64,000 nucleotides of DNA from Rhodobacter sp. (GTDB taxonomy: Bacteria; Pseudomonadota; Alphaproteobacteria; Rhodobacterales; Rhodobacteraceae). A program made the translations under genes and the position numbers. Shown here piece by piece: positions 9,674-17,955 of the stretch (position 1 is its first letter; each line of letters starts with the position of its first letter). Location: positions 167,720-231,719 of the forward strand of contig JACKKE010000006.1 in NCBI GenBank assembly GCA_020637595.1. Direction: 5' to 3'. Under the pieces are notes generated by a model that saw nothing but the letters and a program-made list of their open reading frames with translations, was not told the DNA's origin and did not search any database.

Positions 9674-10249
9674 TCAATCCGCGATCACGACGGCACAATC
9701 GGAAACTTCCGACTCGCCCCGGCAGGCTGCAATCGCATCGTCGGCGGCGTTGTCGCCACGCCCGATTCCCCACAGGCCCGAGCTGGCCGAAATCGCAAAG
9801 GCCCGGGTTCCGCGGGCGCGGCGATAGTCGTCGTTGAAGCCGTCCGTGGCATCCGCGCTGAGCTGCAGGTCGCGCGGTTCCCAGCCCTCGGGGCGAACCT
9901 CGAGCGCGATCACGCAGGCCGTGCCGCCACTGCGGCGGTCGTTGCAGCCCGACAGAGCGGCCTCGCGCGCGGCGTCGATGGTGTGATAGTTGGCCGACAT
10001 CACCGTCGGTTCCGCCATGATCCCCAGATCGGGGGCAAAGGCCACGGCGGCATAGAATTTCTGCGTCTGGGCCACCGTGGTCAGCACTTCGATTTCCTGA
10101 TCGCTCAACCCCGGAGCCTGATAGCGCACGACCTCGACCCGGTCCGAGCGGAACAGCATCTCGCGCGCGCTCGGCGTGTCGACGGGATCGGCCAGGGCCG
10201 CAGCGGGGGACAGGATGGCAAGTAGGGCGAGGGCCGGACGAAGGCTCAT
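9674..10249 (-). CDS. Secreted hypothetical protein with two DUF4189-like Cys-pair repeats
   Basis: Signal peptide ending AALA. Repeats AAVAFAP...AREAALSGC...CVI and AFAISAS...AADDAIAAC...CAV. Confidence 0.7.
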   Translation of the reverse strand: MSLRPALALLAILSPAAALADPVDTPSAREMLFRSDRVEVVRYQAPGLSDQEIEVLTTVAQTQKFYAAVAFAPDLGIMAEPTVMSANYHTIDAAREAALSGCNDRRSGGTACVIALEVRPEGWEPRDLQLSADATDGFNDDYRRARGTRAFAISASSGLWGIGRGDNAADDAIAACRGESEVSDCAVVIAD

Positions 10250-10415
10250 GGCGCGGGCTCCGAAAGCACTGGTGACGGCCCTGTTTACAGAATGCGCGCG
10301 GAAAGTGCAGCCCCTTGTCGGCCCGCGCGGGCGAACACGATTGGTTGAGCGCATCGGCTGGACAGCGGTTGCGCACGCGGACTAGGCTGCGCGCAAATCA
10401 CCGCAGGGATCCCCC

Positions 10416-11804
10416 ATGACCAACGACCGCGTTTCCGCCGTTCTCGCCCATGTCGATGCGCATCTGACCGAGTCGCTCGACCGGCTGTTCGAGATGCTGC
10501 GCATCCCGTCGATTTCGACCGACCCGGCCTTCAAGGCCGAGTGCGACCGCACCGCCGACTGGATGGTGGCCGATCTGGCCGGGCTGGGGTTCGCGGCCGA
10601 AAAGCACCCGACGCCCGGTCACCCGATGGTCGTCGCGCATGGCGAGAAGACCGGCGGGCGGCATATCCTGTTCTATGGCCATTATGACGTGCAGCCGGTC
10701 GATCCGCTGTCCCTGTGGGACCGCGATCCCTTCGATCCGGCGATCGACGACACCCCGGCGGGCAAGGTGATCCGCGGGCGGGGCGCGGCCGACGACAAGG
10801 GCCAGCTGATGACCTTCGTCGAGGCCTGCCGCGCCTGGAAGGCGGTGCATGGCGACCTGCCGCTGACCGTCTCGATGTTCTTCGAGGGCGAGGAAGAGTC
10901 GGGCTCGCCGTCGCTGGTGCCTTACATGACGGCCCATGCCGACGATCTGAAGGCCGATCTGGTGCTGATCTGCGACACCGGCATGTTCGACCCGCAGACG
11001 CCGGCGATCACCACCGCGCTGCGTGGGTTGGCCAAGCTGGAACTGGTCATCACCGGCCCCGACAAGGATCTGCATTCGGGCATGTTCGGCGGCGCAGCGA
11101 TGAACCCGGCGCGGGTGATGACCCGGGTGCTGGCAGATCTCTTTGACGCGGACGGGCGTGTCACGCTGGACGGATTCTATGACGGGGTGCCGGAGCTTTC
11201 GGACGAACAGCGCGCGCAATGGGAGGCGCTGGGGTTTGACGCCGACGCCTTCCTTGGCGGGGTCGGCCTGTCGGTGCCGGCGGGCGAGAAGGGGCGCACG
11301 GCGCTCGAGATGATCTGGTCGCGCCCGACCTGCGAGATCAACGGCATGACCTCGGGCTATACCGGCGCGGGGTTCAAGACGGTGCTGCCGTCAAAGGCCT
11401 CGGCCAAGGTCAGCTTCCGGCTGGTCGGCACCCAGGATCCGCAGGCGATCCTGCGCGCCTTCGAGGCCCATGTGCAGGCGCGGATGCCCGCCGATTGCCG
11501 GTTCGAGATCCGCGATGCGAACGGTGCGCCGGCAACGGTGATGCCGATCGACAACCCGGCTTTTGAGGCGGCACGCCAGGCGCTCAGCGATGAATGGCCG
11601 CGACCGGCGGCCTTCATCGGCTGCGGCGGGTCGATCCCGATCGCGGGGTATTTCCAGACGCTTCTGGGGATGGACTCGCTGCTGATCGGCTTTGGCCGCG
11701 ACGATGACCAGGTGCATTCGCCGAACGAGAAATACGACCTCGAGGCGTTCCACAAGGGCATCCGCAGCTGGGTGCGGGTGCTCGACGCGCTGTCGAAGGC
11801 CTGA
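10416..11804 (+). CDS. M20-family metallopeptidase (dipeptidase, ArgE/DapE-like)
   Basis: YGHYDVQP, GRGAADDKGQ, EGEEESGS, DLHSG, HSPNEK. Confidence 0.92.
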   Translation: MTNDRVSAVLAHVDAHLTESLDRLFEMLRIPSISTDPAFKAECDRTADWMVADLAGLGFAAEKHPTPGHPMVVAHGEKTGGRHILFYGHYDVQPVDPLSLWDRDPFDPAIDDTPAGKVIRGRGAADDKGQLMTFVEACRAWKAVHGDLPLTVSMFFEGEEESGSPSLVPYMTAHADDLKADLVLICDTGMFDPQTPAITTALRGLAKLELVITGPDKDLHSGMFGGAAMNPARVMTRVLADLFDADGRVTLDGFYDGVPELSDEQRAQWEALGFDADAFLGGVGLSVPAGEKGRTALEMIWSRPTCEINGMTSGYTGAGFKTVLPSKASAKVSFRLVGTQDPQAILRAFEAHVQARMPADCRFEIRDANGAPATVMPIDNPAFEAARQALSDEWPRPAAFIGCGGSIPIAGYFQTLLGMDSLLIGFGRDDDQVHSPNEKYDLEAFHKGIRSWVRVLDALSKA

Positions 11805-11809
11805 GGCCA

Positions 11810-12169
11810 TCAGACGTCCGGCAACTGGCTGCGCGCGGCAAAGGCGAGGATCGACCACAGCCCCGCCGCGCCCATCGCCAGCGCCATCGCCAGCGGCAGG
11901 TCGGGCCGCGCCAGCACCAGCGTGACCGGCAGGGCAAAGGCCAGCGCGCTCCAGGCCAGCGCCAGCAGCGGCCGGCGCTCGGGGGTCGGCACGACCATCC
12001 CCACCGCCAGCGATCCGGCGATGCCGAACATCAGGCCAAGGGTCTCGCCCCGGGGCGGCATCGCCGTGGCGAGCGATGCGAGCAGCGCGAGGAACAGCAG
12101 CGCCACGGCGCCGCGGCCAGGCAGCGGCAGGGGCAGGCGAGGCAGGGCGGGGGGCAAGGGCTGGGTCAT
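11810..12169 (-). CDS. Small 4-TM hypothetical membrane protein
   Basis: Four hydrophobic segments. Fills the gap convergent with the M20 gene. Confidence 0.55.
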   Translation of the reverse strand: MTQPLPPALPRLPLPLPGRGAVALLFLALLASLATAMPPRGETLGLMFGIAGSLAVGMVVPTPERRPLLALAWSALAFALPVTLVLARPDLPLAMALAMGAAGLWSILAFAARSQLPDV

Positions 12170-12250
12170 GGCGGTGTGTCGCGCAGCCCGGGCCGACGGT
12201 TCAAAGTTTTTCCACCGTTTGGTGCCGCGCAGTCGGCGGTCAGTCGGCAG

Positions 12251-12961
12251 TCAGTCGTCGTGCAGCGCGAAGGCATGCACGGTGATGCCGATCAGCAGCG
12301 GGCCGGGCAGGGCCGTGCCGAAGGGGCCGCGCGGGGTCACCCGACGGCGGGCGGCCACTGGCAGCCCGTCGAAATCCCGGTGTTCGGTGACGACGTTTGC
12401 CGCCCGTGCCCAGCCGCCGATCACCTCGGCGGTATAGTCGTTGCGCGCCAGAAGGCCGGTGTCGGGGTCAAAGGCATAGTCCTGTTGGCGGCAATGGACC
12501 GGCATCCCGGGCGGAAAGGTCGCGCGCAGCCGGTGCGGGCCGGTTTCGGTCCAGGCAATGGTCGGGTTGGCCAGCAGCGCGGGCAGGGTGAAATAGCCCC
12601 AGAAGGCGTAATTGGCGAAATAGGCCATGTCGAGGTCGTCCCAGCGCAGCGTGCGCCGGCCATAGGGAAACCCGGCGCGGGCGGCGTCGCGGCGCTCCAG
12701 CACCGAGCCTTGAGCGTCCTCCAGCCGCACACCGGGGCCCTCGATCACGCCGGTCACGTCCGGCCGCGCGCCGATCGGCGTCAGCCGGCACAGGGGGCGG
12801 TGCACTGCGCCCTCGACCCGGGCCTGGACAAAGGCCGGGCGGCGCTTGATCGTGAAGGCCAGCCCGTGCGCGCTGACCTCGGCGGTAAAGCGCCGCGCTC
12901 GCGCCCAGCGATCCGCGCCGCCATAGGCCGCCATCGCCCGCCCCGCGACGGGCGGGATCAT
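12251..12961 (-). CDS. Conserved-looking hypothetical protein
   Basis: AYGGADRW N-terminus, WDDLDMAYFANYAFWGYFTLP, HCRQQDYAFD. ATGA overlap with the upstream gene. Confidence 0.75.
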   Translation of the reverse strand: MIPPVAGRAMAAYGGADRWARARRFTAEVSAHGLAFTIKRRPAFVQARVEGAVHRPLCRLTPIGARPDVTGVIEGPGVRLEDAQGSVLERRDAARAGFPYGRRTLRWDDLDMAYFANYAFWGYFTLPALLANPTIAWTETGPHRLRATFPPGMPVHCRQQDYAFDPDTGLLARNDYTAEVIGGWARAANVVTEHRDFDGLPVAARRRVTPRGPFGTALPGPLLIGITVHAFALHDD

Positions 12962-13362
12962 CCCTGCGCCCGGCGCAGAAGGGTATGGATAATCCAGGCC
13001 GCTCCAAAGGTCTCGACCAGGCTCCACGGCACTGCGACCGGCAGCAGATCGAGGGGCAGCACGCCCAGATTGCCGATCGTCAGCCACATCAGCACGAACC
13101 CCGCCAGCCAGCCGGCCGCGGCGGTCTGGCCCAGATTGAACCGGCAGGCCAGGGCACGCAGCAGCACCGCAAACGCCAGCGCCCAGAGGGCCCAGACCAT
13201 GTTGTTGACCGTGGCGTCAGGGAAATCGAGCCCCAGCGCGGTAAAATGATCGGTCCAATGATCCTTGAAAAACAGCTCGTTACGCAGGAATTCGTTGAGC
13301 GAAATCCAGAGCGTGGCAAGCAGAACGCCAAGCGTGGTGGCGGCGGGACGGGACATGGGCAC
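12958..13362 (-). CDS. Hypothetical membrane protein (4 TM)
   Basis: WISLNEFLRNE, WLTIGNLGVLP, PWSLVE and a hydrophobic pattern. Confidence 0.7.
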   Translation of the reverse strand: MPMSRPAATTLGVLLATLWISLNEFLRNELFFKDHWTDHFTALGLDFPDATVNNMVWALWALAFAVLLRALACRFNLGQTAAAGWLAGFVLMWLTIGNLGVLPLDLLPVAVPWSLVETFGAAWIIHTLLRRAQG

Positions 13363-13485
13363 CTCTTACGCGCATAGACATCCGCCCAATCTGACAAAGC
13401 CCCGGCAGCGATGCAAGCGACCCGAGCACCCTTGACCGCGGCGGAGGGCTTGGGCACGGTCGGCGGCGCCCCAACGGATACCGCC

Positions 13486-14667
13486 ATGCAAAGCTTTCGC
13501 CAGTCGCCCACCGAACCCGGCTTTGTCCAGAACCCCTATCCCGCCTATGATCGCGCCCGCGCACTGGGCCCGGTTGTGTTCTGGGAGGATTACGGTCTGC
13601 CCTGCGTCTTCGGTCAAGCGGCGGCGAATGCGATCCTGCGCGACCGCCGGTTCGGCCGTGAAGTGCCCGAGGACAAACGCAAGCCCGTCGCGCCGCATAC
13701 CGCGCCCTTCTATGCCGTCGAGGCGCATTCGATGCTGGAACTCGAACCGCCCCGGCACACGCGGCTCAGGCGGCTGGTGCTGCAGGCCTTCACCTCGCGC
13801 CGGATCGAGGCGATGGCGCCCGAGATCGAGGCCCTGTCGCACCAGCTGATCGACGCCTTTCCGCAAGGGCGCTTCGATCTGCTGACCGCCTATGCGCAGA
13901 CCATCCCGGTGGTGGTGATCTGCCGTCTGCTGGGGGTGCCCGAGGCGATGAAGGACCAGCTGCTGGACTGGTCGCACGCGATGGTGGCGATGTATCAGGC
14001 CGGGCGCACCCGGGCGACCGAAGAGGCCGCGGCGCAGGCCAGCACCGACTTCGTGGCCTTTCTGCGCGGCTATATCGAGGCGCGCCGCTCGCGCCCCGGG
14101 GACGATCTGCTGACCAGCCTGATCGCTGCCGAGGAAGGGGGCGTGCACCTGAGCACGGATGAGCTGATCACCACCTGCATTCTGCTGCTGAATGCAGGCC
14201 ACGAGGCGACGGTGCACGGGATCGGCAACGGGGTGAAGGCCCTGCTGGAAAACGGCGGGCCCAAGGATTGGCTGTCACCCGACAAGATCGAGCGCACGGT
14301 GGAAGAGATCCTGCGCTATGATCCGCCTTTGCACATGTTCACCCGCTGGGCCTATGAGCCGGTCGAGGTGATGGGCCATACTTTTGAGCCCGGCGAGGAG
14401 GTCGGCGTGATGCTGGCCGCCGCGGGCCGTGATCCGGGGATGTGGGACGAGGCCGGGCGGTTCAACCCGCGCCGCCCGCACCGCCCGCACCTGGCTTTTG
14501 GGGTGGGGCTGCATTTCTGCGTCGGCGCGCCGCTGGCGCGGCTGGAAATGCAGATCACCCTGCCGATCCTGTTCCAGCGGGTGCCGGATCTCAGGCTGGC
14601 GGGGCAGCCGGCCTATTCGAACAGCTACCATTTCCACGGACTGGCGGCACTGCCGGTCGAGGGCTGA
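13486..14667 (+). CDS. Cytochrome P450
   Basis: I-helix AGHEAT, K-helix EEILR, heme motif FGVGLHFCVG. Confidence 0.95.
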   Translation: MQSFRQSPTEPGFVQNPYPAYDRARALGPVVFWEDYGLPCVFGQAAANAILRDRRFGREVPEDKRKPVAPHTAPFYAVEAHSMLELEPPRHTRLRRLVLQAFTSRRIEAMAPEIEALSHQLIDAFPQGRFDLLTAYAQTIPVVVICRLLGVPEAMKDQLLDWSHAMVAMYQAGRTRATEEAAAQASTDFVAFLRGYIEARRSRPGDDLLTSLIAAEEGGVHLSTDELITTCILLLNAGHEATVHGIGNGVKALLENGGPKDWLSPDKIERTVEEILRYDPPLHMFTRWAYEPVEVMGHTFEPGEEVGVMLAAAGRDPGMWDEAGRFNPRRPHRPHLAFGVGLHFCVGAPLARLEMQITLPILFQRVPDLRLAGQPAYSNSYHFHGLAALPVEG

Positions 14668-14679
14668 ACGCGGAGGTGA

Positions 14680-15375
14680 TCAGTCCTCGGCCTTTAGCGT
14701 GCGGCGCGACTTGCCGTTGCCGGCGGGTTTTTCCGGGTCGGGCACCACCAGACCGGCCGAGATGATCAGCTTGGCTGCATCCTCGACCGACATGTCCAGC
14801 GCGATCACGTCGGCCTCGGGCACGAACAGCAGAAAGCCCGAGGTCGGGTTGGGCGTCGTCGGCAGAAAGACCGAGATCATCGGTTGACCGCCCGCGACCT
14901 TGCGCGCGATTTCGCCCTTGGTGTCGGTCGACACAAAGGCCACCGCCCAGATCCCCTTGCGCGGGTATTCCACCAGGCAGGCGCGCTTGAACGAGGTGTT
15001 GCCCTGCGCGAACACCGTTTCCGCGATCTGCTTCAACCCGTTGTAGATCGAGCGCACGACCGGCATCCGGGCGACGATGTCCTCGCTCCACTGGATCAGC
15101 GAGCGGCCGATATAGCCCTTGGCCAGCCAGCCGACCACCAGCGTGAAGACCAGCGCCACCACCACGCCCAGACCGGGGATGTCAAAGCCGGTGAACTGGT
15201 CGGGCATGAACCGCTGCGGGATCAGCGGCATCACCCGGGCGTCGACGAATTCGACCACCGTGGTGATCAGCCAGACCGTCAGCACCGCCGGCGCGACGAT
15301 GACCAGCCCCGTCAGGAACGAGGCGCGCAGACCAGCGAAGAACCCGCGGCGATGCGGGCGGGGATTGGGGGACAT
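14680..15375 (-). CDS. DUF502-family membrane protein
   Basis: FLTGLVIVAP, RSIYNGLKQ, LVEYPR, VFLPTTPNPTSG. Confidence 0.9.
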   Translation of the reverse strand: MSPNPRPHRRGFFAGLRASFLTGLVIVAPAVLTVWLITTVVEFVDARVMPLIPQRFMPDQFTGFDIPGLGVVVALVFTLVVGWLAKGYIGRSLIQWSEDIVARMPVVRSIYNGLKQIAETVFAQGNTSFKRACLVEYPRKGIWAVAFVSTDTKGEIARKVAGGQPMISVFLPTTPNPTSGFLLFVPEADVIALDMSVEDAAKLIISAGLVVPDPEKPAGNGKSRRTLKAED

Positions 15376-15470
15376 GACAGGCGACGCCGTTGGGGGAACC
15401 AGAACCTTGCGTCGATCTAGGAGCGAGGCGCGCGCGTTGCAAGGGGCGCCGCGCGCGCCTCACCCGAGTG

Positions 15471-16385
15471 TCAACGGCCCGGGGCCAACGCCCGGGCGAT
15501 CGCCGCGGCGAGGCGGGCGTTGTTCAGCACCAGCGCGGTATTGGCCGCCAGCGAGCGCCCCTCGGTGCGGGCAAAGATCCGGTCGAGCAGGAAGGGCGTG
15601 ACCTCCTTGGCGCTGATCCCCTGCGCCTCGGCCTCGGTCAGGGCGGCCTCGATGGCGGGGACGATGGCCTCGCGCGGGATCTCGTCGACCTCGGGGATCG
15701 GGTTGGCGACCAGCTGGCCGCCCTCGATGCCCAGCGCGCCGCGCATCCGGTGGGCGGCGGCGATCTGCGCCGGGTCGTCCATGCGCAGGGGCGCGCGCAG
15801 GCCCGAATCGCGCGACCAGAAGGCCGGCAGCGCGTCCTGCCCGACGGCGATCACCGGCACGCCCAGGGTTTCCAGCACTTCCAGCGTCTTCGGCAGGTCC
15901 AGGATCGCCTTCGCGCCGGCCGCCACCACCGTCACCGGGGTGCGCGCCAGCTCCTGCAGGTCGGCCGAGATGTCAAAGCTGAGCTCCGCCCCGCGATGCA
16001 CGCCGCCGATGCCGCCGGTGGCAAAGACCGCGATGCCCGCCAGATGCGCGCAGATCATCGTCGCGGCGACGGTGGTCGCGCCGCTGCGCCCGGTGGCGAC
16101 GCAGGCTGCGAGATCCGCGCGGCTGAGCTTCATCACATCCTGCGCCTGCGCCAGCGCGTTCAGTTGCGTGTCCGTCAGGCCGATGTGGATCACGCCCTGC
16201 AGAACCGCGATGGTTGCGGGCACGGCGCCGGCCGCGCGCACCTCGGCCTCGACCGCGCGGGCGGTCTCGGCGTTCTGCGGCCAGGGCATGCCGTGGGTGA
16301 TGATCGTCGATTCCAGCGCGACCAGCGGCTGGCCGGCGGCGCGGGCGGCCTCGACCTCGGGTGAATAGACCAGCGGCAGGGTCAT
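15471..16385 (-). CDS. psuG: Pseudouridine-5'-phosphate glycosidase
   Basis: VALESTIITHG, FATGGIGGVHRG, DISADL, GAKAILD, VTPFLL. Confidence 0.95.
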   Translation of the reverse strand: MTLPLVYSPEVEAARAAGQPLVALESTIITHGMPWPQNAETARAVEAEVRAAGAVPATIAVLQGVIHIGLTDTQLNALAQAQDVMKLSRADLAACVATGRSGATTVAATMICAHLAGIAVFATGGIGGVHRGAELSFDISADLQELARTPVTVVAAGAKAILDLPKTLEVLETLGVPVIAVGQDALPAFWSRDSGLRAPLRMDDPAQIAAAHRMRGALGIEGGQLVANPIPEVDEIPREAIVPAIEAALTEAEAQGISAKEVTPFLLDRIFARTEGRSLAANTALVLNNARLAAAIARALAPGR

Positions 16386-17278
16386 GCGGTGTCCTCCAGA
16401 TAGGCGACATAGGCAGCGGCAGCGGCCTGGGCGCGGGCCAGGGCCCCCGCGCGGTCCGCGCCACGGGTTTCGGCGTTCAGATGTGCGGCCATGAAGGTGT
16501 CGCCGGCGCCGGTGACACGCCGGGCGCGCACATGCTGTGCGGGCAGTGTCAGGGTCTCGGCGCTGCGTTGCGCATCCGAAGTGTCGCGCGCGCCATCCGT
16601 GACCAGCGCCCGCGTGGCGCCGGCAGCGACCAGCCCCTCGGCGGCCTCGCGGCTGCTGGCGAACAGGGTTCCGGTCAGCAGGCCGGCCTCCTGCCGGTTG
16701 ACATAGAGCGTTGTGCCCGGATGGGCCATCAGCGGGCGCAGGCGTTCGGCCTTGCCGGGGCTGGCCGGGGCGACGCGCAGGTCTGCCTGTGCGAACAGGG
16801 GCGACTGCGCGATCGTCGTCAGCAGCGCGATGGTCAGATTGCCGTCCAGCGCCACCGGACCGGCCCAGGGCCGCGCCGCGCTGCCCAGCCGCCCGTCTTC
16901 AAGCGGCGCGAGGATCGCCTCGCCCGCGGCTTCGAGCGACCGTGCATCGGCAATCGCCGCGACCAGCCCGTCGCGGTCCTCGATGGCCATGTAGCGGTCG
17001 GTCGGCAGCGCCGGGTCGCGATGCGCATGGCGCAGGTCGAGGCCCATCGCCTCGGCCGCCGCAACCAGTTCGTTCCCCTCGGGGTCGCACCCGATCGAGG
17101 TCAGCAGCGCCGGGCGCATGCCCAGCCGCACCAGCGTCATGGCGATGTTCATCGCCACGCCGCCGGGCAGCCGGGTGATCTGGCCGGGCACGTCGCCTCG
17201 GCTGTCGATGTCGTTCTCGGTGCGCCCGATGATGTCCCAGAGGACCGACCCGATACACAGGATGTCAGGGGGGATCAT
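16382..17278 (-). CDS. PfkB-family kinase, probable pseudouridine kinase
   Basis: PGGVAMNIA and VTGAGDTF PfkB signatures. 4-bp overlap with psuG. Confidence 0.85.
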   Translation of the reverse strand: MIPPDILCIGSVLWDIIGRTENDIDSRGDVPGQITRLPGGVAMNIAMTLVRLGMRPALLTSIGCDPEGNELVAAAEAMGLDLRHAHRDPALPTDRYMAIEDRDGLVAAIADARSLEAAGEAILAPLEDGRLGSAARPWAGPVALDGNLTIALLTTIAQSPLFAQADLRVAPASPGKAERLRPLMAHPGTTLYVNRQEAGLLTGTLFASSREAAEGLVAAGATRALVTDGARDTSDAQRSAETLTLPAQHVRARRVTGAGDTFMAAHLNAETRGADRAGALARAQAAAAAYVAYLEDTA

Positions 17279-17913
17279 GTCGCGTGGAACCGCACGATGA
17301 GGGCGCGGTCGCCGGCATGGGCGGGGTCGGCCTGCCGTGCACCGTCGCCATAGATCGCCACCTCGTCGACCTGCAGATCGCGGATCCGCGGGCCGAGCGC
17401 GTCGAGCGCGGCGGCAAAACCCAGGCTCTCCCAGACGCCCGCGTTGACCGACAGCGCGACCGAGGCCCCGGGCAGCGTCGCGTCCAGCAGTGGCGGCAGC
17501 GCCTCGGGGCCGACATGGCCGTGGGTGAAGGTGCCGGAACTGGCAATCGCCGCATAGCGCGTGGCGACGGGCAGCGGGCGGGTGATGTCGGCCTGGATCA
17601 GCGCCCGATAGAGGCCTTTTTGCCGCGCAACCGCCAGCATCTCGGTCGACAGGTCGACGGCATCGACCGGACCCTGAAACCCCAGCCCGCGCAGCGCCGC
17701 CGCCATCAGCCCGGTGCCGGCGCCCACGTCCAGCACCGCGCCATCGGGCGTGCCCATCCGCATCAGCGCCGCCGCGACCTCGGCCGGCAGGCGGTAATCC
17801 ATCGAGACCGCCCAGTCCGAGTCATAGCTGTCCGCCCAGCCGGCATAGAGCCGCAGGCAGTCGTCGGCGCCCTGCAGGGCATAGGCGTTCGAGAGATCGG
17901 GCTTGGTCGTCAT
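17275..17913 (-). CDS. Class I SAM-dependent methyltransferase
   Basis: VLDVGAGTGL, VDLSTEML, SSGTFTHGHVG. 4-bp overlap with the kinase. Confidence 0.88.
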   Translation of the reverse strand: MTTKPDLSNAYALQGADDCLRLYAGWADSYDSDWAVSMDYRLPAEVAAALMRMGTPDGAVLDVGAGTGLMAAALRGLGFQGPVDAVDLSTEMLAVARQKGLYRALIQADITRPLPVATRYAAIASSGTFTHGHVGPEALPPLLDATLPGASVALSVNAGVWESLGFAAALDALGPRIRDLQVDEVAIYGDGARQADPAHAGDRALIVRFHAT

Positions 17914-17955
17914 GGGGGCGATCTGGGCACGGGCGGGCGCAAAAGTCCAGCGCGA

